NCBI GenBank assembly: GCA_030390025.1
Contig: JASTWF010000033.1
Span: forward strand, 5,768,001 to 5,832,000
DNA from: Squalus acanthias
Lineage: Eukaryota
Reading direction: 5' to 3'
DNA: 64,000 nt
The notes beneath the pieces were generated by a model that did not search any database, had not been told where the DNA came from, and saw nothing but the letters and a program-made list of their open reading frames with translations. How positions within the stretch are numbered: position 1 is the stretch's first letter; the number at the start of each line of letters is the position of its first letter. Positions 1-10,480 of this stretch are shown one piece after another. Both the position numbers and the translations under genes were made by a program.

Positions 1-345
1 AATGGATATAATGGAATACTAGACACCATGATGGATAAATTTGTACCCGCCCCTAGGGCAGGATGAGACTGATAAGATTATGTATAAAAATGTAATTTAC
101 TAAGCTGTCGTTGGAGTCGGATCCAAGAGCGGTCTTGGAAGGTTCTCCCCAGGCCTGTGAATAAAGATCGTTTTGAACCATCACTCGAAGTCTGTCATCT
201 GTACTGAAGCTAAGCGTCGACCTTGTATATCACTTGGTCCGCTGATTGCTTACATCAATTGTCTAACTATCTGTAGAAAGTATATTCTTTACTGAAGCTA
301 AGCGTCGACCTTGTATATCACTTGGTCCGCTGATTGCTTACATCA
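1..345 (+). mobile_element. 3' part of a probable LTR with its terminal 56 bp duplicated
   Basis: TATAAAA at ~83, AATAAA at ~160, ends ...TTACATCA at 257; 202-257 is repeated exactly at 290-345. The 5' end lies outside the window. Confidence 0.5.
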
Positions 346-1327
346 CCCACGCACATACAGACACACTCACACAGACTCTGCAATTTGCAGAAACTAACAC
401 ACACACATTTATTTTAAAAGATTTGCAGCCTGGGACTGTGAATTTCTGATGATGTCCCTTCTTGGTTGTCCGGCCATGTTTGATGAGGACAATCAAACCG
501 GAAGAAGTGAACCGAGGCCCCAGATATCCAGGTCCCCGAGAGGAAATGAAGCCTGGGAGGTAGAAAAGAAGTAAATACAATCAGGAATACATAAAAATAT
601 ATATACTTTACTTTTGTTAACTAAATGTCTGCCTGTGTGTGGTTTGCCAGGAGTGTAATAAAATGAATGGAAAGATCCCACAGCAGTTTTTGCTCTGAAA
701 ACATCCCAAGCACATTCCCCAATAAAGCCCAGTCCAGAAAGAAATCAAATGGATTATTGTGAAAATAATTTTAAAAATATAATATAGATATATATTTTTA
801 AAAGATCTCGTCTTGTTTGGGTTGGGCTGAAGGTGAGAGTAAGATCCCAAAACAGGAAATGCCATGAAACAATCCACAAACATTCCCCTATAAAGTCCAG
901 ACCAGAAAAATATCAAATGGCTTAATGTATATATGTAGCCTTGCTTTTTACAAAATTCTTGAAAGAAAGGCAAAGTAAGATCCCAAAGCAGTGCAGTCTG
1001 GAATGAAATCAGTTTGATCTAATCAGTTTTTTTCAGACATGAGATGTAATGCAAACGGCAGATAACTTGAACACAGACAAGCCCTGCATACACAGCTTTT
1101 GCTGTCTGTCTCTCTCTCTCACAAACACACACACACAAGCCAGCCTGCAAAATTGCCACAAATCACTGTCAGCAATGAAAGAAAGTTGCTTTCTATCATT
1201 GCTCTGCTCAGTTTGGCAGTTTAAAAGCAAACAGACAGTTTTCAGTATTTTATCTTTTCAGTTTGCGGCCTACAGAAACAGGCTTTCTATTGTACCTCTA
1301 AAGCAAATGCTGTGGATGTGGAAATCT

Positions 1328-1545
1328 GAAATAAAATCAGAAAATGCTGGAAATACTCAGCAGGTAAGGCAGCATCTGTGGAGAGAGAGAAACAGAGTTA
1401 ATGTTTCAGCTCGATTACCTTTTGTCAGATTCTGGCAAGGTTCTGACGAAAGGTCATCGAGCTAAAACATTTACTCTGTTTCTCTGTATCTCCACTGATG
1501 CTGCCTAACATACTGAGTATTCCCAGCATTTTCTGTTTTCATTTC
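1328..1545. mobile_element. Inverted pair of Penelope-type terminal sequences (hairpin); partly deleted paralog at ~3095-3275
   Basis: The left arm AAAATCAGAAAATGCTGGAAATACTCAGCAGG...AACAGAGTTAATGTTTCAG is the reverse complement of the right arm ...TTACTCTGTTTCTCTG...GATGCTGCC...CTGAGTATTCCCAGCATTTTCTGTTTT. The same sequence terminates the Penelope fragments at ~7140-7250 and ~57735-57830. Confidence 0.75.
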
Positions 1546-2870
1546 TATTCTGCATGTTGTCTTGATTTCATGTGTCTCTCTCACTGCCTGCCTGCCTTGT
1601 CTTGATTTGAGTAGAGTGGAATGAAAATAATGCAAAGATCCCAGAGCAGCTTTTGTCAGACAGTCCACAAAGACATTTTTCAGTATCTCACTGACTGACT
1701 GATTGTCTTGAATTGAAGTGAAATTAAATAAAGTGATACACAACAGCATTACATGTGGACCAGGCCAGAATGAAATCAATAGGGTTTAATACAACAACAG
1801 CAGGTAATAAGGCAGCAGAACACATCTCACACAAACAGCAGCTTTTGCCCTCTCTCTCTCTCACACACACTCACAGCCTGGCCACCCTGCAGAGGGATGA
1901 CTGCCGTGTTGGAAGATTAAAACTAAAAAGACAGTTTTCAGTATCTTATCTTTACACTCTGTGGCCTACAGAAACAGGCTTTCTATTCTGCTACTTGTCT
2001 GTTGATTTCATGTCTCTCTCTCTCTCACTGACTCTCTGTCTGTCTCTCACTCACACAGTCTCCCTCCCACCCACATTGAACTAAAATTTACAGTAACATG
2101 ACACACACACTCAGACAGACTCTGAAATTTGCAAAAACAGAAACACATTTATTTTGAAAGGGTGCAGCCTGGGAGTGTCAGTTTTTGATGATGTCCCTTC
2201 CTGGCTGTGCGGCCATGTTTGATGAGGTCAATCAAACAGGAAGAAGTGAAGTCGAGGCCCAAGAAATCCGGGTCCCCGAGAGGAAATGAAAGCCCGGGAG
2301 GTAGAAAAGAAGTAAATACAATCAGGAATAAATAGTAATATATATATTTTACTTCTGTTAACTAATGTCTGCCTGTCTGTGGTTTGCCTGGAGTGTAATA
2401 AAATGAATGGAAAGATCGCACAGCAGCTTTTGCTCTGAAAACATCCCAAGCACATTCCCCAATAAAACCTAGTCCAGAAAAAAATCAAATGGATTATTCT
2501 GAAAATAATTTAAAAAATATAATATATACTTTTTCTTTAACAAACTTCTTGTCTTGTTTGAGTTGGACTGAAGGGGAGAGTAATATCCCACAGCAGGATG
2601 TGCCATGAAACACTCCACAAACATTCCCCAATAAAGTCCAGTCCAGAAAAATATCAAATGGATTGATGTATATATGGAAATTTGCTTTTTACTAAATTCT
2701 TGAAAGAAAGACAAAGTAAGATGCAACAACAGCGCAGTCTGGAATGAAATCAGTTTGTTCTAATGGAGTATACTTTATGTTTTCTTCAGACATAAGATGC
2801 AATACCAATGCACACGGCAGATAACTTGAACACAGACAAGCCCTGCATACACACCAGCTTTTGCTGCTTG

Positions 2871-2901
<31 letters not shown>

Positions 2902-3839
2902 GCCAGCATGCAAAATTGCCACAAATCACTGTCAGCAATGAAACAAAGTTGATTTCTATCATTGCTCTGCTCTGTTTGGCAGTTTAAAAGCAAACAGGCA
3001 GTTTTCAGTATTTTATCTTTTCAGTTTGCGGCCTACAGAAACAGGCTTTCTATTCTGCATCAAAAGCAAATGCTGTGGATGTGTGAAATCTGAAAGCAAA
3101 ACAGTAAATGCTGGAAATACTCAGCTGGTAAGGCAGCATCTGCGGAGAGAGAGAGAAACCGAGTCTGGCAAGGTTCTGACGAAAGGTCATCGAGCTGAAC
3201 TTTTACTCTGTTTATCTGTAGCTTAACTGATGCTGCCTAACCTACTGAGTATTTCCAGCATTTTCTGTTTTTATTTCTATTCTGCATGTTGTCTTGATTT
3301 CATGTGTCTCTCGCACTGCCTGCCTGCCTTGACTTGATTTGAGTAGAGTGGAATAAAAAGAATGCAAAGATCCCAGAGCAGCTTTTATTTTCAGACAGTC
3401 CACAAAGACATTTTTCAGTATCTCACTGACTGACTGTCTGTCTTGAAGTGAACTGAAATAAATTGCAATAAAGTGATACACAACAGCATTTCATGTGAAC
3501 CAGAATTAAATCAATAGAGTTTAATACAGCAACAGCAGGTAATAGGACAACAGACCACATCTCACACAAACACCAGCTATTGACCTCTCTCTCTCTCATG
3601 GACACACACTCATAGTCTAGCCAGCCTGCAGAGGGATGACTGCAGTGTTGGAAGAGTAAAACCAAAAAGACACTTTTCAATATCTTATAATTTCACATTG
3701 TGGCCTACAGAAACAGGCTTTCTACTCTGCTACTTGCCTGTTGATTTCATGTCTCTCTCACTCTCACTGACTCTGTGTCTGTCTCTCACTCACACAGACT
3801 CCCTCCTACCCACATTGAACTAAAATTTACAGTAACATG

Positions 3840-4045
3840 ACACACACACTCACACCGACTCTGCAATTTGCAGACACACAGACACCCACTCACTTACAGA
3901 CACACTCACACAGTCTCTGCAATTTGGAGACACACAGACACCCACTCACTTACAGACACACTCACACAGTCTCTGCAATTTGCAGACACACAGACAACCA
4001 TTCACTTACAGACACACTCACACAGTCTCTGCAATTTGCAGAAAC
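3840..4045. repeat. 56-bp minisatellite, ~3.6 copies
   Basis: CTCTGCAATTT starts at 3859, 3915, 3971 and 4027. Confidence 0.9.
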
Positions 4046-4794
4046 TCAACCTCACACACACACATCCATTTTGAAAGATGCGGAGCCTGGGAGTGTCAAT
4101 TTTTGATGATGTCCCTTCCTGGCTGTGTGGCCATGTTTGATGAGGACAATCCAACAGGAAGAAGTGAAGCCGAGGCCCAAGAAATCCGGGTCCCCGAGAG
4201 GAAATGAAAGCCCGGGAGGTAGAAAAGAAGTAAATACAATCAGGAATAAATAATAATATATATACTTTACTTCTGTTAACTAAATGTCTGCCTATCTGTG
4301 GTTTGCCTGGAGTGTAATAAAATGAATGGAAAGATCGCACAGCAGCTTTTGCTCTGAAAGCATCCCAAGCACATTCCCCAATAAAGCTCAGTCCAGAAAA
4401 AAATCAAATGGATTATTCTGAAAATAATTTTAAAAGTATAATATATACTTTTTTAAAAAACCAATGTCTTGTCTTGTTTGGGTTTGGCTGAAGGGGAGAG
4501 TAAGATCCCACAGCAGGATGTGCCATGAAACAATCCACAAACATTCCCCAATAAAGTCCAGTCCAGAAAAATATCAAATGGCTTGATGTATATGTGTAGA
4601 TTTGCTTTTTACAAAATTCTTCAAAGAAAGGCAAAGTAAGATCCCACCATAGCGTACTCTGGAATTAAAACAATATGATCTAATGGTATATACTTTCAGT
4701 TTTTTTCAGACATGAGATGAAATAGCAATGCACACGGCAGATAACTTGAACACAGACAAGTCCTGCATACACGCCAACTTTTGCTGTCTGTCCG

Positions 4795-4841
<47 letters not shown>

Positions 4842-5261
4842 GCTAGCCTGCAAAATTGCCACAAATCACTGTCAGCAATGAAATAAAGTTGATTTTCATC
4901 ATTGCTCTGCTATGTTTGGGAGTTTAAAAGCAAACAGACAGTTTTCAGTATTTTATTCTGCATGTTGTCTTGATTTCTCTCACTGCCTGCCAGCCTGCCT
5001 TGTCACATACAAACTCACAGCCTGGCCAGCCTGCAGAGGGATGACTGCCGAGTTGGAAGATTAAAACCAAAATGACATACAGACACACTCAGACAGACTC
5101 TGCAATTTGCAGAAACTGACACTCACTCTCACATACATTTTGAAAGGGGTGCAGCCTGGGAGCGGATGGGTCACGTGACCCTGTGGCTGGGCCTCTGACC
5201 TCACAATGGGTGATGACGCGATCAGCTCGAGCGGGAAACCCTTAAATTAAATTAAATTACA

Positions 5262-5352
5262 TCAATCAAGGGTCACTCTCAATCCGGGTCTTGTTCCCTG
5301 CAGCGCCCTCAGGAGTCTCTCTCCGTCTGAACTGAACCGATTGTTCCCCAGC
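5262..5352 (-). CDS. NLR-type (NLRP3/NLRC3-like) gene, terminal coding exon
   Basis: Acceptor tgtttcAG, phase 2. Reads LGNNRFSSDGERLLRALQGTRPGLRVTLD* with TGA at 5264-5262, in frame with the two preceding exons. Confidence 0.8.
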
Positions 5353-5520
5353 CTGAAACAGATTAAAGATTAAACAGGAAATAAACAGATTGAACATCAG
5401 TGTAATTAACCGCGAGACTGGGGTTAATAATTCAATAATAATTACAGACAAATAATACCACAGTGACTGAAACCCTTTGATATTTTATTTATTACATTAA
5501 ACATTAACACAAACACTCAC

Positions 5521-5688
5521 CCGATCCGCTCCAGACTCCGGCAGGTCAGTGTGAGGCGGCTGAGAGCGGGGACAGATCGGTCTGTGAAGGAGTTTAATGT
5601 CAGGTCCAGAACCGTCAGTGAGCGGTTTGCACTGAGAGCGGAGGCGAGATCCTCGGTACAAGAATCTGTGAGACCGACAACACATAGA
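5521..5688 (-). CDS. NLR-type gene, 168-bp ribonuclease-inhibitor-type LRR exon
   Basis: Acceptor gatccccAG, donor GTGAG, phase 2-2. Reads LCVVGLTDSCTEDLASALSANRSLTVLDLTLNSFTDRSVPALSRLTLTCRSLERIG (LxxLxLxxN LRR motif). Confidence 0.88.
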
Positions 5689-5826
5689 CTGGGGATCAGA
5701 GAGAAATAACAGAAATCAGAGTCAATCCCAGAGTTTATTAATAACACTATTACTGATACTAACAATAATGTTCAGTGTCAGACATCCAGTTATTATAAAC
5801 ACAATCTCACACAGTCTGGTACTTAC

Positions 5827-5913
5827 CCCAGTTTCTGTATTTTACAGTCCGGGTGCCTCAGAGCCTCAGACACTAGTTTCACTCCTGAATCTCTCAGTTT
5901 ATTGCCGCTCAGT
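5827..5913 (-). CDS. NLR-type gene, 87-bp LRR exon
   Basis: Polypyrimidine tract plus ttcAG acceptor, GTAAGT donor, phase 2-2. Reads LSGNKLRDSGVKLVSEALRHPDCKIQKLG, a typical fish NLR LRR (DSGVK...L..P.CK...L). Confidence 0.88.
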
Positions 5914-6054
5914 CTGAACACAAAAGGAGAGAGAAACAAACTGAATCAAAACCCGGATCTGATATAATTCCCTCTCTCGGATATTACAGCAATCACTGAA
6001 AGTACTTCAGGCCATTAATAACCCGGTTTCCCCCCGCGATTTCGCCCCTTGGCG

Positions 6055-6848
6055 AGTCGGGTGGGGTCGGGGGTGGGTCGGGTGGGGTCGGGGTCGGTGG
6101 ATGGTCGGGTGGGGTCGGGGCTGGTCGGGTGGGGTCGGTGGATGGTCGGGTGGGGCCGGTGGATGGTCGGGTGGGGCCGGTTGATGGTCGGGTGGGGTCG
6201 GGGTCGAGGGATGGTCGGGTGGGGTCGGTGTCGGTGGATGGTCGGGTGGGGCCGGGGTCGGGGGATGGTCGGGTGGGGTCGGTGGATGGTCGGGTGGGGT
6301 CGGGGTCGAGGGATGGTCGGGTGGGGTCGGTGGTTGGTCGGGTGGGGCCGGGGTCGGTGGATGGTCGGGTGGGGCCGGGGTCGGTGGATGGTCGGTGGAT
6401 GGTCGGGTGGGGCCGGGGTCGGTGGATGGTCGGGTAGGGTCGGGGTCGGTGGATGGTCGGGTGGGGTCGGGGTCGGTGGATGGTCGGGTGGGGCCGGGGT
6501 CGGTGGATGGTCGGGTGGGGCCGGTGTCGGTGGATGATCGGGTGGGTTCGGGGTCGGGGGATGGTCGGGTGGGGCCGGGGTCGGGTCGGGTGGGGCCGGG
6601 GTCGAGTCGGGTGGGGCCGGGGTCGGGGTTGGACCGGGGCGGGTCGGATCGGGAGTGGTCGGGGCCAGGCTGGGTGGGGCCGGGGTCGGTGGCGGGGTTG
6701 GACCGGGTCGGATCGGGTGGGGCCGGGGTCGGGTGGGGGCGGGTCGGGTCGGTGGCGGGTCAGGTGGGGTAAGGTCTGTGGTGGCTCGGGCGGGGTCGGG
6801 GTCGGTTGCGGGTGGGGTCGGGGTCGGGGCCGGGGTGGGGTCGGGTGT
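6055..6848. repeat. G-rich minisatellite with 27/21-bp units (GGGTGGGGCCGGGGTCGGTGGATGGTC)
   Basis: Read directly; it explains the 9-aa periodic Pro/Gly-rich ORFs in several frames. Confidence 0.93.
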
Positions 6849-7139
6849 CCCTCTGTCCGGTCTCGTTCCCTGATTATCAGAATTGCCCTCATGGAGCTCA
6901 GTGACCGGCCTTGTCATGTTTGGAGAAACTTGTCTCATTTCTGCTGCTCCTTAAATCCAGGATTTTCTGGGAATGGGGCTATTTTCCCAGAATTAAATGA
7001 TAAAGTGGTGATTCCCTGTACTTTACACTCTGTGCATTATATTAATCTGTAGAATATCTCGGGGTGAGTTATATTGTGAAACGCTAACTGCTGCTGTAAA
7101 ATCAGTCCCCCAGGATTTTATATAACACGGAGAATTTAT

Positions 7140-8435
7140 GATGAAATAAAAACAGGAAATGCTGGAAATACCCAGCAGGTCAGACAGCATCTATAGAGAG
7201 AGAAACAGAGTTAATGTTTCAGGTCGAGGACCCTTGGTCAGAACTGGAAAATGTTACAGATGTAACAGATTTTTAAGCAAGTGTCGGGGCCGTGAAAGGT
7301 GGGGGGAGCGGAGGAAAGAACAAAAGGGAAGGTCTGTGAGAGGGTGGAAGACAGGAGAGATTAAAAGACAAAAGGGATGATGGTGCAAGCAAAAGGAGCT
7401 GGTAATGGGACAAGTTAAGAAACAAAAGGTGAATCTAGATGAGGTGTGAATGGCAATGGCAAAGTCATCAACAGCTGTCATGCGAGGGAAAAACAATAAT
7501 GAAAAAAGTAAAATAGTGGCCGAGTTTATAGTCTGAAATTGTTAAACTCGATGTTGAGTCCAGAAGGCTGTAAATTGCCTAATTGAAAGATGAGGTGCTG
7601 TTCCTCGATCTAATGTTGTACTTTGTTGGAAGAGTGTAAGAGGCCGAGAATGGAGAGATCAGAGTGGGAGTGGAGCGGAGAATTCAAGCGATAGGTGACC
7701 AGAAGCTCGGGGTCACACTTACGGACTGAGCGGAGGTGTTCCGCAAAGCGGTCACCCATTCTGCGTTTGGTCTCCCCAATGTAGAGGAGATCGCATCGTG
7801 AGCAGCGAATACAGTATACTAAATTTCAGGAAGTACAAGTAAATCGATGTTTCACCTGCAAGGAGTGTGTGGGGCGACAGTGGGAAGGGAAGTGGTAAAA
7901 GGGCAGGTGTAGCATCTACTGCGCTTGCACGGGTAGGTGCCGTGGGAAGGGGAAGGGGTGTTGGGGGTGATCGAGGAGTGGACCAGGGTGTTGCGGAGGG
8001 AGCGGTCCCTACGGAATGCTGAAAGGTGAGGTGAGGGGAAAATGAGTTTGGTGGTGGGATCACGCTGGAGGTGGCGGAAATGGCGGAGGATGATCCGTTG
8101 AATGTGGAGGCTGGTGGGGTGAAAGGTGAGGACAAGAGGAACTCTATCGTGGTTCTGGGAGGGAGGGGAAGTGGTGAGAACAGAAGTTCGGGAAATAGAA
8201 CGGACACGGTCAAGAGCTGTGTCAGCCACGGTAGCGGGGAATCCTCGGATAAGGAATAAGGAAGACATGTCGGAATCACTAGAATGGAACGTGACATCAT
8301 CAGAACTGATGCGGCAGTGACGGAGAAACTGGGAGAATGGACCAGTGTCCTTACAGGAAGCGAGGTGGGAGGAAGTGTATTCCAGGTAGCTTTGGGAGTC
8401 AGAGGGCTTATAGTGAGTGTTTGTCAATAGCAGCA
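7140..8435 (-). mobile_element. Penelope-like retroelement, 3' fragment (RT C-terminus, GIY-YIG endonuclease, terminal repeat), decayed
   Basis: HYKPSDSQSYLEYTSSH...PFSQFLR (RT thumb region); NLVYCIRCSRCDLLYIGETKRRMGDRFAEHLRSV (GIY-YIG); frameshifts present. Confidence 0.85.
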
Positions 8436-9282
8436 ATAGAGTTTATTCTGTCCCGTTACAAGTTTTAAATGTCCCTGTGCTCCAAGTTTACAGGGGAGGG
8501 GAGTCTCTCACTTTATTCCCATTAAACTGGCTCTACATTTATTTCAGGTGTAACTGGCCCGAGAGGTTTTGGGGAATTTTCGGAAGTTACCTCCCCGAGC
8601 GAAGCCTCCCTCACACGGGGCGGATTATGGGGAATTCCCGGATTCACTGCCCCCGGTTTCCCCAGGAGCCGCCCGCTGTGTGCGAGGCCCCACCGCTGGC
8701 AGGTGTGTGTCTGTACTCCGGTTAGATTGGAACCTTTTCACCGGCAGGTTTAAGAACCTGAATATCAATCTTTACTCAATGTTCAGGACTGTGAATAATT
8801 GTAAACATTTACAGCTGAAAGAATTCCCGATTCCCCAATATTCCCAATCCAGGAAACTACCCCCTCGACAGGACACACCCTGTACGGTATTGGAGTAAAT
8901 ATCGAACTGTTAGTGATTTAAACTCGGGTTTCTTTCCTGTTCCCAGTTGAACTGGTGGATGTGGAAAACATTTTAAATTAATATTATCTTTACTGCCGGA
9001 TTATATTTTATGTTTACATTCTGCTGTCCAGCCTTATTAAATATGATTTATTGTAATTAAATTATCAGACTCTCAGTGACCTGTATTTGCTGATCCGATA
9101 AAGAATGTAGAATCCCTACTTGTTCACAAGGATCCGTTTTAGATTCTCCAGTCCTGAGGGAATTACTGACCGATCCTCTTATGATTGGTCATATTTGTGT
9201 TGAATCTGCTTCTCCCTGGTTTAACTGAACTGTTTGTTTCCCTGCATTACGGAGCGAAAACACAATCCGTGACTGTTCTACA

Positions 9283-9705
9283 ATTCATACTCATGTGACT
9301 CGGCCAACGTTGTCTACCTCATACGTTGCAGGAAAGGATGCCCCGGAGCATGGTACATCGGCGAGACCATGCAGACACTGCGACAACGTATGAACAGACA
9401 CCGCACAACAATCTCCAGGCATGAGTGTTCACTCCCAGTCGGGGAACACTTCAGCAGTCAAGGACATTCAGCCTCCGATCTTCAGGTACGTGTTCTCCAA
9501 GGCGGCCTTCGAGACACACGACAACGCAAAATCGTCGAGCAGAAACGGATAGCTAAGTTCGGCACCCATGAGGACGGCCTCAACCGGGATCTTGGGTTCA
9601 TGTCATGCTACATGACGTAGAGTCATCCAGACTCGAGTCGTCGTTGGCTTGTTCTCTCTACACGGATGCGGTCGGACCTGCTGTGATTTCAAGCAAAAAA
9701 AGTAT
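9283..9705 (+). mobile_element. Penelope-like element of a second family, GIY-YIG fragment and terminus
   Basis: YSCDSANVVYLIRCRKGCPGAWYIGETMQTLRQRMNRH...PVGEHFS...KFGTHEDGLNRD. Confidence 0.85.
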
Positions 9706-10407
9706 TTTGTTTTCCATACAGACCCCAGCATCAGCCACATTTGACCCCTTGGGACCCCACCTCATTGTCTTTGATGTAATGTTTTCCTGACTGACCTGTT
9801 TGGCCACCATCCACACCTTTGATTGCCGTGATTATCTCTCTGCCGAGGTGTGATAAAGGGCAGAATATTAGGCTTAAAAAGTGAAGCGTAGATTTACCAG
9901 AATGATACATAGAGGCCAAGGGACAAATTACAATGGGAGATTGCACAAACTAGGGATATATTTCCCGGAATTTAGAAGCTTAAGTTATGATTTGATTGAA
10001 GTATTCACGATATTAAGTGGAACTGAAAGTGTCGATAGAGCGAAGCTATTTCCGATGATTGGCCCGTCTAGGAGTACGGGACATAGACTCAACATTAGTT
10101 CCAAGCCTTTCAGGAGAGAAGTTAGGAAAGGCTTCTAATTGTAATGGGTGTCAGAAATTTGTAACAAACTTCCGCAAACAGCACTTAAATCTGGGTCAAT
10201 TGGCAATGTTAAACTTGAGATTGATAGATTTTGGTTAACCAAAGATATGAAGGGATGTGGAGCAAAGGGATGCAAACGGAGTTCGATCACAGATTCAATT
10301 GAATGGCAGAAAGGCTCGAGCGGTTAAAAGGCCTAGTCCTGTTGTTATTCTCACTGCGGAAGGATCAGAGCACGCATGTAGAAATGAATATCGTGATTTA
10401 AAAGCAG

Positions 10408-10480
10408 CGCCCGAACAGGGACTTGAACCCTGGACCCTCAGATTAAAAGTCTGATGCTCTACCGACTGAGCTATCCGGGC
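10408..10480 (-). tRNA. tRNA-Lys-TTT: tRNA-Lys, anticodon TTT
   Basis: GCCCGGATAGCTCAGTCGGTAGAGCATCAGACTTTTAATCTGAGGGTCCAGGGTTCAAGTCCCTGTTCGGGCG, the canonical vertebrate sequence; TTTT Pol III terminator 4 nt downstream. Confidence 0.98.

Larger units (their letters stand above)
346..5160. repeat. Tandem array of a ~1.7-1.9 kb unit: two full copies, one internally deleted copy and the start of a fourth
   Basis: The anchor GATGATGTCCCTTC...GGTCCCCGAGAGGAAATGAA recurs at ~448, ~2187 and ~4105. The unit head (ACAGACTCTGCAATTTGCAGAAAC...GCAGCCTGGGA) appears again at 5090-5160. Confidence 0.93.

Noticed and set aside
202..345. Repeat-spacer-repeat resembling a CRISPR unit
   Set aside because: Only two repeats, 56 bp long, in vertebrate DNA with no cas genes; better explained as a duplicated LTR end.
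443..520. CTGATGA/TGATGA motifs in the macro-repeat as a hammerhead or C/D snoRNA
   Set aside because: No correctly placed GAAA after a stem II and no convincing D box or terminal stem; the leading C is not conserved in copies 2 and 3.
5993..7052. Pro/His- and Gly/Arg-rich ORFs of up to 307 aa
   Set aside because: Open in most frames on both strands because the 21/27-bp G-rich unit lacks stops.
8555..8870. GC-rich segment with weak inverted ends (possible MITE) and 102-109 aa ORFs
   Set aside because: The termini are too degenerate to call and the ORFs show no NACHT or other motif.
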